Assembly: GCF_009914755.1 (NCBI RefSeq)
Contig: NC_060932.1
Direction: 5' to 3' (one strand)
Source: the human T2T-CHM13v2.0 reference genome, Homo sapiens
DNA: 64,000 nucleotides
Below the pieces are notes generated by a model. That model was not told where the DNA came from, ran no database searches, and saw only the letters and a program-made list of their open reading frames with translations. Shown here piece by piece: positions 27,580 to 42,399 of the stretch; the stretch's first letter is position 1, and every line of letters begins with the position of its first letter. A program made the position numbers and the translations under genes.

Positions 27580-29170
27580 CCCTTCCCCGGGCCCTGGCCA
27601 GGCTGCCACGCCTTCTCCCCTCCCCCTGCGCCAGGTCCCCAAATCCAGAATTCGGAGCCGCGGTCACTGAGCCTGTGCCTTGGGCCTGCGGGCGGTGTTT
27701 GTTGTTGTGACTGGGCGGCTAGGTGAGACGGAGCGCACGGGCAGAGTGCGCATTTGGGGCGACTGGTTCTTGGGGGAAGATATAAATAATGAATCGGTGT
27801 TAGATTATTTTCTGATGAGACACATGAAACCTCCAGTGCTTTCAGCAGGCATTTTGCATCACAGCTTCCTAAGAAAGGTAAAAGGCCCTCTTTCGGTCCC
27901 CCAGTGGCAAAATTCGCAGCTGTCGCCCAGCACCACAATCAAATGCGTGCGGGGCTGCGGGACAGAGGCGTCCTCGCGTACCCTCGGACAGACCCACAGC
28001 TGTCTGGCGGATACACACGTGCGCGTCTGGTCGACCGGACCAGCAGCTGCTTGCGTCCCCTCTCCCGCGCACGGTGGCGGCCCCGCACCAAGACCCGCTG
28101 AGGAAACGAAGAGTAGGGTCATTTCCCATCTTGCCGTCGAAAGTTTATCCCATTTCCCGGGTGTGCAGGAAGAGATGGCGCGAGGGCAGGAAGGTGTGAA
28201 ACTGGGGTTCTGCGGGAGACCCACCGTGGCTCTATATTCACTCTCGTTTGAAAACTGCCAGCGTTCCACTCCCCCTAAATTCCAGTTCCCGAGGGGGAGG
28301 TAGTAAGATGGGATACAGGTGCGTCTGGGTCCTCGCTTGGGAGGGGTTCTCCCACTTTGGGACCCCTCGTGGAGCAGCCCATAACCGACCGGCCTGCTGT
28401 ACAGAGGCCATGCTTAATGGATTCTCGCAGATAAAAGGGCCTGGCTACCTTTCTTTCCTATAATGGCCCCTGAGGCTAATGTCTTAAAGAGGAAACAAAG
28501 GGATTGTTTTACAGCACACAAGGGGGGTGGCGGGAGGAACAGGGAGAGGAGGAGGAAGGGGCATTGGATACGCGGAGCGGGAGGAGGCCTCCCGCTTCTT
28601 AACCCTTCACCTCCTGCGACCGCCCAGGTCTCCCGAGCTCCGCACCCTCATCCAGGACCCGAAACAGCGGGGAGGAGGCGACAGTGCGTGGAGGGCCCCG
28701 CCCTGTGACTCGACCTCCAGCTCTCCTCACCTCCTTCCCCGTCTTTTTAAAGAACTTCTGAAAGGGAGAACGGAAAAGATGAGGGGACCCATATCTCGTG
28801 AGCTGCAGTTCTGAAAAGTCAGTTCTAGAGGGGTCGTCTCTCGCGAGGCCCGGGTGCCCACACAGGATCGACGCGTGGCAGTGCCACCTGGGCCCGGACT
28901 CTGGGACTGCGGGAGGCGGGAGCGCCTGGGGCCAGGACCTGGGCGTACGCTGAGGGCACCCGGTGAAGGCCGGGGAAAGTGGGGCAGCTCCGAAATGCGG
29001 CCTGCACGTCGCCCTGGGAGTCGTTCCCGGGCCCCTCTGCAGACAGAGCCTTCAGGTGTGAGCGGTGTGTGCGCCGGCCGGGGGCGTCTCTTACAGGAAG
29101 TTTATATTTGCAAACTGGGCGGTGGGGGGGGGGGGGGGGGGGGGGCGGGGCGCGGCGGGAGAGAGAGAGT
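27580..29170. promoter_or_regulatory. CpG island 2 (broad), ending in a G homopolymer
   Basis: Dense CpG 27.6-29.2 kb; G22 run at 29124-29145 followed by cggggcgcggcggg. Confidence 0.85.
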
Positions 29171-29366
29171 CTCAGTGGCTTCTGCTTTCTGGCTTTTCTG
29201 TTCTGGCTCCAGGAAAAGATCAAAACAATAGTTAAATAGCAATTGAAGACAAGTGATGTAAGAAATAAACAACTCGACAACAAAAATGCCCATAGGGACG
29301 GTTTTTTAAAACCCTTTATTATGGAAATCAGAGCACATGCACAAAAGGAGAGAGAAAGGTATTGTG

Positions 29367-29570
29367 CAGTGGGTCTCAAATTTGATCAAGCATCCGAACC
29401 GCGGAGCGAAATCCTCTGGAGGGCTTGTTAAAACACAGATTGCTGGGCCCTAGCCCTAGAGTTTTTTGTTGTGTATTTTTAAGCAGATCTGGGGTCAGCT
29501 CCCTCCTGAGAATTTGCAACTTGTTAGAGCCCTCAGGTGGTGCTGCTTCTGGTTTGGAAAGGACACTGCT
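29367..29570. mobile_element. MER5A hAT-Charlie element
   Basis: cagtgggtctcaaatttga...ggagggcttgttaaaacacagattgctgggccc...gagaatttgca. Confidence 0.75.
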
Positions 29571-30555
29571 ATCCACTGGTCCAATAAATCTCCGCGTACC
29601 CTCTCCCACCTTCAATATGTACAACACCTCCCCACTCTGTTCATTCTATCCCCTCCCACATTTTGTTTGGTTTGCTGGAGAATTATAAAGCAATTCCCAG
29701 CCATCCTATCATTTCACCTATATAGATGATTTTTGATTCGGTGGTTACTTAAGCCGAGAGGACTGCAGGCTTCCTTGTGGTCATTTCACATTGGGGCAGA
29801 ATCTGGTACCTCTCTCTGGGAAATCCATGCCCATATCTTGGTTCTGAGACCACCCTTCGGGAGTTCCTTTCCAGCAGATTGTCACATGCCCAAACATCAC
29901 CACTGGGTCTGCTGGCAAGCTGGCCTGGCCTGGTCAGGGCACCACCTGGTCCCCATCTTTCATTTTCTGCTCATTGTCCCCAATCTGTCATCATGTACTC
30001 CCACAACCATCGTTTCCCCTGAGGTATTTTCCTAACAAGGCGTCTCCCCTCCAGGGTGGAGTTCTGAGTGCCTAGGGATGGGGTGGTACCCACAACAGTG
30101 CAAGCCCATAGGATTATTTGCATCAGTTAGGTCCAGGACTCACACCCCAAGGGGAGCTTCTCTGGGCTACTTGACCCTCCGCATAATTCCTGATTGGAAA
30201 AGGGGACATTCTAGGCATAGCTTCTGGGAATGGCCATCACTGACATCTGTCGTAACCTCCCTTGATTGTCGGGCCCTAGCTCAGTCTGGCTATCTGTGTT
30301 GCTTCTGTTCCAGAGAGGTGCCAAGTGCTCTCTTAGACTCCACCTGGCTAGTCCTAAGTGTGCAGCCTCTACCTATCTCCTTGCCTCTCCTTTGGGCCGC
30401 TCCGAAACAAGCTTCCCTTCTTTCCCTCCCCTCCCCTCCCCATCCTGGTTTAGGATACCATCTGCTCCTTCCACAGCTTTCTCATCCCAGCCCCTCCCAG
30501 TCCTATCCCCACCTCAACCCTCAGAGGTCTCTTGGGCTGTTACAAAGTTTAGACA

Positions 30556-30914
<359 letters not shown>

Positions 30915-31595
30915 TGAAGCAAGCATACTATATGAATTCTTCATTTTTCCATCTGCTGTTAAAGAAAGCCCCGGGGATGGAGTAGGTTCCTCCACCCCAG
31001 AGCTCTGTTCCTATTTTCATATTGCCTCATCTTCCTATGTTTTTCTTCCTTCACCAGCCTGGAATTAGCTGTCACTTTTGTATTTTCTCATGAGTCCTAC
31101 CACTTGCCTTTGCTTTTCTAGCCTTTCTCAAAGAAATGCAAACAGCTTGTGTTTTTTCCCCTTGGGTCCTATTGTACCTACTTTTGTTTGATGGTCTCTC
31201 TGTCTCCCATGATGCCAGTGAATGTAGCAGTTTCTCTCCACTTCCACCAGTGCCTGGGGAAAATTTGGTATTGGCAAATTTGAGTTCTGCCTTTTTGCAG
31301 CTTGCATTGCTGGATTCAACCTTAGGAGCCTCAGTTCCCTTATTTATTCACGCGACACATCTGTATGAGCCTTTACTACATGCTAGGCGCTATTCCAGCT
31401 GCTGGGGATACAGCACTGAGCAAAACAGACATTGTCTTGACTTCATGGAGGTTTTGGAATATGTAATTATAAATGTTATATATTTTAGCCTGGGAGACAG
31501 GCAATAAGGGAAGTAAGATGGCATACTAGAGAATGATTAAGTGCTAAGGTGATATATGGGGTCGGATGTGTTTACGTAGGGGTTGGTATGGATAT

Positions 31596-32014
<419 letters not shown>

Positions 32015-32487
32015 TCACACACTTGTAAGTGGGAAGATGTGGGTGGAAAGCTGCACATAAAGATAGAGCCACTTGCCTTTGTCTTGTCAATGCCTTCTTC
32101 TGAAGTTGTGTTCGCTAAAATCGTCTCTGAACACAATACAAGGTTAGCATTCCTCTGATGGCTTTGGCGGCCGTTTTTCCTGTTACACACTTCTTTAGGT
32201 CAGCCCTAGCTTGCTGGAGAGTCTCAGTGCGAAGCCTGGCTCATTCTTCCCTAACTCTGCAAAAACATGATGTCACTGGGGAGGTAGGACAAAGTACCCA
32301 TGGGCAGGACTAGGCGGGGTGTCACTGTCTCCCTTACATTTTTGTGGCCTCAGTGACAGTGCAAAGGAAGTGATAATGCAGAGGCTGATTTTTAATTTGA
32401 GGAGGTAATAGTGGTCAGGGGAGAGTTCCCCATGAGAAAGAGGATGAATTATCTGGCTGAGGCAAATGCTGAAACTAGGTTGTAACC

Positions 32488-32507
32488 GCAGCAGCAGCAG
32501 CAGCAGC
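32488..32507. repeat. Short (CAG)6 tract in non-coding context
   Basis: gcagcagcagcagcagcagc. Confidence 0.9.
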
Positions 32508-33596
32508 CGGTTGTTATATTCATTACAGTTGCTGTGCCTTTTAGCAATCGTCCTAGCTGCTGTTGCTGGTTGTTTAGTAGACCAGAAATCCTCAGGGGTG
32601 TTCATGCCCCATCCTGTTGGGCATGCAGCAGGTGCTTCTCAGTATGCCGTGGTCCAGTGCTTTATACTGCCCACTTTTTGGAGGTCATCCGTGGTGCTGG
32701 GCTGTAGCTAAAATGAGCAGCGAGGGCCACGCTCTTTTCAGCCTCCATGCTCTCCTCAGAATGATGTAGGAAAGGAGGGGAAGGTGCATTGTTTACCTTC
32801 TCAATTCTTGGGGGTTCTTGGCTATACCAACTCCAAATTGAAGAGCCTTGTGACCTGTTTCCCTAAATTAAGACTGCCTGGCTCTCCCTGTTCTCTTTGT
32901 CCCTGTTTAAAGCTGTATTGGTCACGACACAGATGAGTCTCTGTGCAGCTGCCACTCTCTATACCCAGGTCTCTGCCGGGGAAGCTGGTGCTTTGAATCC
33001 GAAAGCAAACCTTAGTGCTGCTGGGAAGCCCTCCTCCCCATTCCTGGAAGGTAAAGGGGCTGCTCTGGCTACTGCTGGTGAGTCCCTGGAGCATTTATCA
33101 TCTTAGGTCTGTAGAAGTGAGCCATCTGATCCCTGGAGATGCTTACACCCTCTCTGAAGAAAGTGTGAGGGGTGTTTCTGGTCTCTGTTTTGGAAAAGTA
33201 GACTGTTGGCCAAACCTTCTCAGAGGGAATTCAAGAGGCAGGCTGGGCTGGAAGGACACAGTCCACTTAACCCCTTGTCCCGGGCTCCTCTCAAAATATC
33301 TAGTGAGTGTGGCTGGCTGGCAGGAAGGGAGAAGCAGCTGAAGGCAGAGGATGTGGTTACTTTGCAAGACCCTAGTTCTGTTACAGGATCAAAAAAAATT
33401 GTTGCAAAACACATTTATGTTACAATTTAATAGGTGTGTACCTACTAAAACAGCTCAGCTTGTGTGTGTGTGTGTGTGTGTGTGTGTAGGTGTTTGCCTT
33501 GGTATTATATGGAAGGTCTTGGTCACAATACACTTCTGTGGTCAATGACTGTTAGTGTGATTGGTATAGTTTACCCAGAAAGACAATCATATCTCA

Positions 33597-33996
33597 CTGG
33601 GTTAGTTTTCTGGGGCTGCAGTAACAAAGTAGCAGAGACTAGGTGGCTTAAACAACAGAAAGTTATTTTCTCACAGTGCTGGTGGCTGGAAGTCAGAGAT
33701 CAAGGTGTCAGCACGGTTGGCTTCTCCAGGGCCTCTCTCCCTGGCTTGTACATGACTGTCTTCTCCCTGTGTCCTTACACGGTCTTCCTGTGTACACATC
33801 TGTCTGTGTCCCAATCTCCTCTTTCCTTAGGGACATCAGTCACATTGGATTACTGCCTACTATAATGGCCCCATTAATACGATTAACTTAGTCACCTCTT
33901 TTAAAAACTTTTTCACCAAATGCAGTCACATTTTGAAGTACTGGGGTCAGGACATTAACATATAAATTTTGGGGGGACACAATTCGGCCCATACCA
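33597..33996 (-). mobile_element. MLT1B-like MaLR solo LTR
   Basis: ggctgcagtaacaaagt...ggtggcttaaacaacagaaa...ggggggacacaattcggcccatacca. Confidence 0.85.
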
Positions 33997-34120
33997 TGCA
34001 CATGAAGAGTCACCATGGTTCAGAATAGGTTCTTGGAGTTTAGAAGGTTATAGGGGTTTAACCATGAAAAAAATAAAATGTATTAATAAGTTTTTTTTTT
34101 CTGAAAAGAAGAAATGCTTC

Positions 34121-34237
34121 ACCCTGGGAGGTCGAGGCTGCAGTGAGCCAGGATTGCGTCACTTCACTCCGCCTGGGTGATATGGCGAGACCCTGTCTCA
34201 GAAAAAAAAAAAAAAAAAAGAAGAAGAAAGAAAAAAC
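34121..34237 (+). mobile_element. 5'-truncated Alu (right-arm 3' part)
   Basis: cctgggaggtcgaggctgcagtgagcc...gagaccctgtctc followed by poly(A). Confidence 0.9.
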
Positions 34238-34332
34238 AGCAAAAACATTTTAGTACTTTTCAGAACCAGTTATGCTTTGTTTATCCTGCAGAATAAAGAC
34301 AGGTAAATATAAAACTAAAGTATTTATGTTAG

Positions 34333-34724
<392 letters not shown>

Positions 34725-35997
34725 CCATCACTCTTATTATTAAACGTTGGCAATGCAGAGTGAATAGAGACATTACACATTAGAAACTACTTATTTCTAC
34801 CTCTTCATTTTAGCATAAGTTGAGACACAGAAAGACAGAGTGAGCTGCCAAGGCCATGACCAGGCCCCAACCCCTGGCCCCCATCTGCCCACACTGGGCA
34901 GGTGAAACCCCCTGACTGCATGGATGTAGTTGGGTTGGTTCTTAGATTCACACAGGCTGACGGAAATAGACTGGAGTTATTACATGAGATGATCATCCTC
35001 TGATCCGGAGTTGGGACTTTTGCTACTGTTTCAGAGAATACTTTCCTTTGTTTGTTTTTCTGATAAATCTTGAAACCAGTGCAGACTCTTCCGCAGCCTC
35101 CACAATACCCAGGTGAGACATGCATTGTCTCATCTCCCTTCTCATCTCTGCCCGCAACGCCCACACAAACAAGAGTTGAGACGGGGTGAGTACTAGAGTC
35201 CTTCCTGATTCTCTGAACATAGTAGTTTATTCCTTTCTTTGTAAAAACAATGTGAAAGCACCAGATCTGGGTGCTGCTTGTTTCAACAGGAGGCAGGTGT
35301 GGCGTGAGCTGGTCCTTCATGGCTTCCCACTGTTCCACCACAGCCCTCCTGGGAAACACTTCCTGCAACACAGGAACTGCCCGTCAGCACACATTTATCA
35401 TGAGCAGCACCACACTCTCTGTTCGGAGTCTGATGGGAATTAACATCTCAGGTTGCATGAATGTCTCCTGAAGGCCAACTAGTGATTTCCTAAGTCAACT
35501 ACTTCCTTATTGCAATTACCATTAGGATGCACAGATGTTTGTTTATAGGTCTGAGGAAGGATACTGTATTGTTTGATATGTGGAAGGGCTAGTGTGTGTG
35601 TGTTTTTAAAGTCATTCCCCTGAGTCCTGAGCTAGATGGTTTATTTCTCAATGACATGGAATCCCTCAGCCGTTCCTTGCTGTCAAGACCAAACTTGCCA
35701 TCTGCTCAGAGACACTCTGGGTCTGTGCCCAGGATTGTCTAGTAGAACTCATGTCCTCCGCCTTTTCCACTTCTTGTCTCTTCTCGGAATATGCAACTTT
35801 CCCCCTCTTGCCCTTACCTGCTTCTCCAGAACATACTCCCAGAACATAATTCCTTACTTCTACATTTATGCAAGTCTCAAAGTTTTCCTTTTTCTTGATT
35901 TGGGATAGCACAATTCATCCCAAATCGCTTTTCAGGAGCAATTTTTAAAATTTGTGGTAAAATGTACATAACATAAAATTTTATTTTAACCATTTTT

Positions 35998-36192
35998 TTT
36001 CTTTTATTTTAGGTTCATAATGTACATGTGCAGGTTTGTTATGTGGGTAATTATGAGGCTTGATGTACGAATGATCCCACCACCAAGGTAGTGAGCATAG
36101 TACCAAGTACGTTGCCTTCCCACACACACACTGTCTCACCCGCCACCCTCAAGCAGTCCTCCGTGTCTATTGTTTCCATCTTTGTGTCCATA
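35998..36192 (-). mobile_element. Truncated L1PA/L1PB 3' end, copy 1
   Basis: cttttattttaggttca...gtacatgtgcaggtttgttatgtgggtaa...ccatctttgtgtccat. Confidence 0.85.
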
Positions 36193-36249
36193 AAACCTAG
36201 TTTTCTTTTGTTAATTTTTAATATTGAATTTTAATTAATTAATTAATTC

Positions 36250-36492
36250 ATTATTTTTTAAACTTTTATTTTAGGTTCAGGGGTACATGTGCAGGTTTGT
36301 TCACAGGTACATTGCGTGTCACAGGAGTTTGTGTGCAGATTATTTCATCACCCAGCATAGTACATGATAGATAGTTTTTTGATCCTCACCCTCCCCCCAC
36401 CCTTTACCCTCAAGTAGGCCCTGGTGTCTGCTGTTTCCTTTTTTGTGCCCACGTGGACTTAATATTTAGCTCCCACTTACAAGTGAGAACAT

Positions 36493-36495
<3 letters not shown>
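36250..36495 (-). mobile_element. L1PA/L1PB 3' end, copy 2 (non-inverted part)
   Basis: aacttttattttaggttcaggggtacatgtgcagg...tttagctcccacttacaagtgagaacatgcag. Confidence 0.88.
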
Positions 36496-37760
<1,265 letters not shown>

Positions 37761-38479
37761 CATTTTAGCCAGCTTTAAGTGTACATTTCAGTAGCATTAA
37801 GGACTTTCACAATGTTGTGCAACCATCATCACCATCCATCTCCACACATTTTCTGTCATCCCAAGTAGAAACTCTGCCTGTTAGACATGAGCTCCTTATT
37901 CTCCCGTCCCCAGTCCCTAGGAGCTTCTATTCTACTTTCTGTATGTATGACTTTGCTTAGTCTAGTTGCCTCATATAAATGGAATCATAAACATTTGTCC
38001 TTTTGTGACTGGCTTATTTCACTTAGCATAATGCTTTTAAGGTTTATCCATATTATACCATGTGTCAGAATTTCATTCCTTTTTAAGGTTGAATACCATT
38101 CCATTGTATGTCTATACATTTGTGCATTCATCTGTTGATGGACATTTCTATCAGTGATATTGTTTCTATCTTTTGGCTATGTACAAGGCTGCTATTAACA
38201 TTAGTATACGAGTATCTGTTTGAGTCCTTGCATTTAATTCTTTGGGGTATATACTTAGAGGTTGAAATGCTGGATCATATGGTAATTCCACGTTTAACTT
38301 TTTGAAGTCCTTACAAAACCAGATTAGATTTAAACACCTCATCATAGTGCATGGTCACCAGTCATAGGGGCATTGTGTACTTATTTGTGAAAGCAGGACC
38401 ATTTCCTCTTAGAGATAGGACATTAAGGGTCATCAGGTTCAGTTACCTCTCCTGATGGGGCTGAATAGGACAAGGGTTA

Positions 38480-38700
38480 GGTACTCCTTGGTGACAGAAA
38501 GGCAGGGCTGAGTTCCAGCTCCCTTGCTTCCAATCTGTAATCTTGGGTTAGTTACCTAAACACTCAAAGCAACCATTTCCAATGAGAAAAACGATATCTA
38601 CTTTTAAAAGCTATCATGAGAATTAAGTAAGACAATGTGGGAAAATGCTTGGCACAGTTCCTCTTACAGGGAAATCCTCAATAAGTGGTAGCCATTGTTG
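38480..38700 (+). mobile_element. MIR
   Basis: gagttccagctccc...tgtaatcttgggttagttacctaa...atgagaattaagtaagacaatg...gcttggcacagt. Confidence 0.75.
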
Positions 38701-40860
38701 TTTTTGTGACCACATTTGTAGATGAGGATGCCGAGGCCCAGAAAGCATAACAGTTCTATGGTTGCTTCATCCCATAGCTGGTTTTGAAGTTTTGATGTAC
38801 ATTACCATGATATACAGTTTAAGGTCTAATCCTCCTGTGAATCTTGTTCATCTCCTCTCTGCTTTTCATGGAGATTGGTGTTTCAATAGTTTGTTGATGA
38901 TGCTGGTCCAGCTAAAATATTTCAGGAGGCAGCATGACTTTGCACTATCCCACTTGCTACTTACTAACCTTGTGGCCTTCAGGAGGTCACTACATCTGTC
39001 TAATGCTTGTTTTCTGCCATAATAGAGATATCGTATCAAATGCATGGAGCTGTGAGTGGAGTTAGGCAAAACAGAAAGTCTCTGTACCAAAGCATTTGCT
39101 GAAGGACAATTTCCACAGTCCATCAAAACAAAGACATTAATTGTAAGACGGGCCAACTTAGTTATTACACAAAGCTGAGGTGCCGTGGACTATAAAATGC
39201 ATCTCCATATCAGAGATGTTAACAGGTGAAGAATACATGCATTAGAACTGATGAAATACTGTAACTGCCATTTGGTGACTTCCTAAGGAAAAGGCCATAC
39301 ACGGAAAAACAGAAGTTTGGAAACTGCCTCACCTTTTGGAAAAGGAGCAAAGGAACTGGAGCAGTTCTGCTTTTCCTGTGATTAAATTGGGACCACATCC
39401 GGGTCAGCACTTTTATGTACTCCTGTCCAAAGAATTCAAGGGGAAAAAACCCTTGGAAATGCAAGCTCAGCCTGGCACACACAATGGAAGATGGAATGTT
39501 TTTGGGGAAAAAAAGCTCTGTTATCTTTTTGCTTACCTTGCAGAATGCAAGCAGCGTCATTCACCCAGCAGACTTGGCTGGTGGCTGGTGAACTGAGCTG
39601 GGGGGTGGGGGAGTCCCCTTCAGTCTCTCCAGGTTAGCTAAGGTCCCACTACCCCGACTCTTTTTATCCAGAGTATCTTACACGATCAATCCATCTGATG
39701 GTGTCAATTATAAGAAGGTGACTAATTTCTGAACCTCTGAAACACCAACTTGTTGGGTTTTGATGCAACTTTGCAGGTGACCTTAATAATGGCCTTGCCT
39801 ACAAATCACTCACATTCCCATAGCTGGTGGTAGTTCAGGGGGTAGTAGAATCTGGGAGTTTCTAATCCCTCCCCAGCATGCACATTGTCTCCCATAATTT
39901 TACAAATGAGAACTATCTTGTGAGAATTTGAAGAGGGTTGCTAGTAATATTCCCCAGATTGCTTGGACTCTCAGCTGACTAGATTAACAAAGCTTCTCTT
40001 TCCTTTGGTAGAGTTCGTCTCTGATAGCTGCGACCTATTCGAAGTTCTATGGTTAACAGTCTGTACTTCAGATATTCTCTTCACTCCTTAAACTCTTCAC
40101 TGGCAGTGAGCAAACACTGAGCATTTGCTGTGTTTCAGGCACAGCTGGAAAAACTGTTATGTTTGGAAAGGTCCTATAACATTCCCATTTCATAGACATT
40201 GATCAAGCACTGGAGAAACTTGTCCACTGTTATGCAGCAAATTTGAGCTCTGACTCCAGAGACTAACTTTGCCATCCAGGGTTTCAGTGCCTCCCTTGAT
40301 TGACCTAGGACATCCTCCCCAGAACAAACAGAAGCCTGCAGATGAGAACACACTCAATTTCCCTCCACTAAACTTACAAACCTACCTACATCTGCACCCC
40401 ATCTTCTTTCTTTGCACTCCTTGCCTGCCTTCTCAGGGACCTCACTCCATGACCATATTTTTTTCTCCTATAATTTCAACCTCTTGTTATCTACTAGCTC
40501 CTTTCCTAAGTTAAGTGTCTCCCATATTGAAAAGGAAATGCAATGCTCCACCCAAACCCTTGTGCCTACCTCCCCATATGTGTCTTCTACGCTTACTGAA
40601 TGGGTCGTGTCAATTCCTGCATTTGTCTTCCCACCTTGCACCACCACTTCTCAGCAACCTGGCTCCACCACTGCTACCCCTTTAAATCTGGTCTTTCCAA
40701 GGTCACAGTAGCCTCCTTGCTGCTAGATGTAGTGAACGCACCTGAGTCCTTATCTCCTTTGCCTAACTGAGCATCTGACAGCATTCCCACTCCTTTCTTA
40801 TAGAAACACTTCTTTTGCCTTCTCTAGTGCTCCTCCAAAGTCAGCATTGTTTTGGGCTAC

Positions 40861-41494
40861 TGTCAGAGGCATTTGAACCAGAGTGACTCCATCTTGAACA
40901 GGGGCTGGGTAAAATGAGACTGAGACTACTGGACTGCATTCCCAGGAGGTTAGGCATTCTAAGTCAAAGGATGAGCCAGGAGCTCAGCACAAGATACAGG
41001 TCACAAAGACCTTGCTGATAAAACGGATTGTGGTAAAGAAGCCAGCCAAAAGCCACCAAAACCAAGATGGAGAAAAAAGTGACCTCTGGTCGTCCTCACT
41101 GCTCATTATATGCTAATTATAATACATTAGCGTGCTAAAAAACACTTCCACCAGTGCCATGACAGTTTACAAATGCCATGGCAACATCAGGAAGTTACCC
41201 TATATGGTCTAAAAAGGGTAGGAACCCTCAGTTATGGGAGTGGCCCATGCCTTTTCAAGAAAACTCATGAATAATGCACCCCTGGTTTAGCACATAACCA
41301 AGAAGTAACTGTAAGTATGCTCAGTTGAGCAGCCCAGGCCACTGCTTTGCCTATGAAGTAGCCATTCTTTTTCATTCCTTTACTTTGTTAATAAACTTGC
41401 TTTCACTTTACTCTATGGACTTGCCTTGAATTCCTTCTTGCATGAGATCCAAGAACCCTCTCTTGGGGTCTGGATCAGGACTCTTTCCAGTACA
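40861..41494 (+). mobile_element. MER41B solo LTR (ERV1)
   Basis: tgtcagaggcatttgaaccagagtgactccatcttga...ccaagaaccctctcttggggtctggatcagga...taca; 634 bp; 4-bp TSD ctac. Confidence 0.9.
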
Positions 41495-41498
41495 CTAC

Positions 41499-41959
41499 AG
41501 TGACGGTTAATTTTATGTGTCAGCCTGACTGGGCCATGGGGTGCCCAGATATTTGGTTAAACATTATTTCTGGGTGTGTCTGTGAGGGTGTTTCTGGATG
41601 AAAGTAGCACTGGAATCAGTGGACTGAGTAAAGCAGGTTGTCCTCCCCATTGTGGGTGAGGCTCCTCCAATCCATTGAGGGCCTTCACAGAATAAAAGGC
41701 CGAGTAAGGGAGAATTCACTCTCTGTGCCTGTCTTCAAGCTGGGACATCTGTCTTCTGCCTTCAGACTCAGATCTTGTCTGGAATTACAACATTGGCTCT
41801 GTCGGGTCTCCAGCTTGCCGACTGCAGATCTTGGACTTTTCAGCTTCCGTAATCACATGAGCCCATTCCTTATAGTAAACCTCTCTTTCTCTATATATCT
41901 ATATCTACATCTGTATCTATCCTATTGTTTCTATTTCTCTGCGAACCCAGTCTAATACA
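41499..41959 (+). mobile_element. MLT2B-like ERVL solo LTR
   Basis: gtgacggttaattttatgtgtca...acattatttctgggtgtgtctgtgagggtgtttc...ctaataca. Confidence 0.88.
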
Positions 41960-42178
41960 GCTACTTATCTTCTGATCTTCCTCCTTTAGAAAACGAGCCC
42001 CTTTTCCTTTTGGAAACTTCCCCTGCCTTACTGGTGGGATTGTACATGAAAGCACTGATCTCCCTCACCAATCCACCACTTGCGCTGGACTGGCACAAAT
42101 GCCTGGTTAGGGAGGAATGCTTGTTTCTTGCTCTTTGTTTCCTGCTAATTGTTTCCATGTGGAGGGATTTCACTAGAC

Positions 42179-42364
42179 CACTGGTTTCCAAAGCATGGCC
42201 CCTGCACCAGTGCTGTCAGCATTCCTTGGGAATGTGCTACAAATGAAAGTTCTCAGGCTTCACCCAAAGTCACTGAATCACAATGATTCCCAGTCAGACT
42301 CAGCAGTCTGTTTCATCAAGCTCTTCAGGTGACTCTGATGCACACTAAAGTTTGAGAACCACTG
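42179..42364. mobile_element. MER5A
   Basis: cactggtttccaaagcatgg...tctgatgcacactaaagtttgagaaccactg. Confidence 0.8.
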
Positions 42365-42399
42365 CACTACCATAACACTCCTATTTTGTTTTTGTTTTG

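Noticed and set aside
27144-29379. 264-, 207- and 184-aa ORFs in CpG island 2
   Set aside because: No recognisable homology; non-ATG starts; GC-composition artefact.
32488-32507. CAG repeat as a polyglutamine exon
   Set aside because: Only 6 units and no supportable coding frame.
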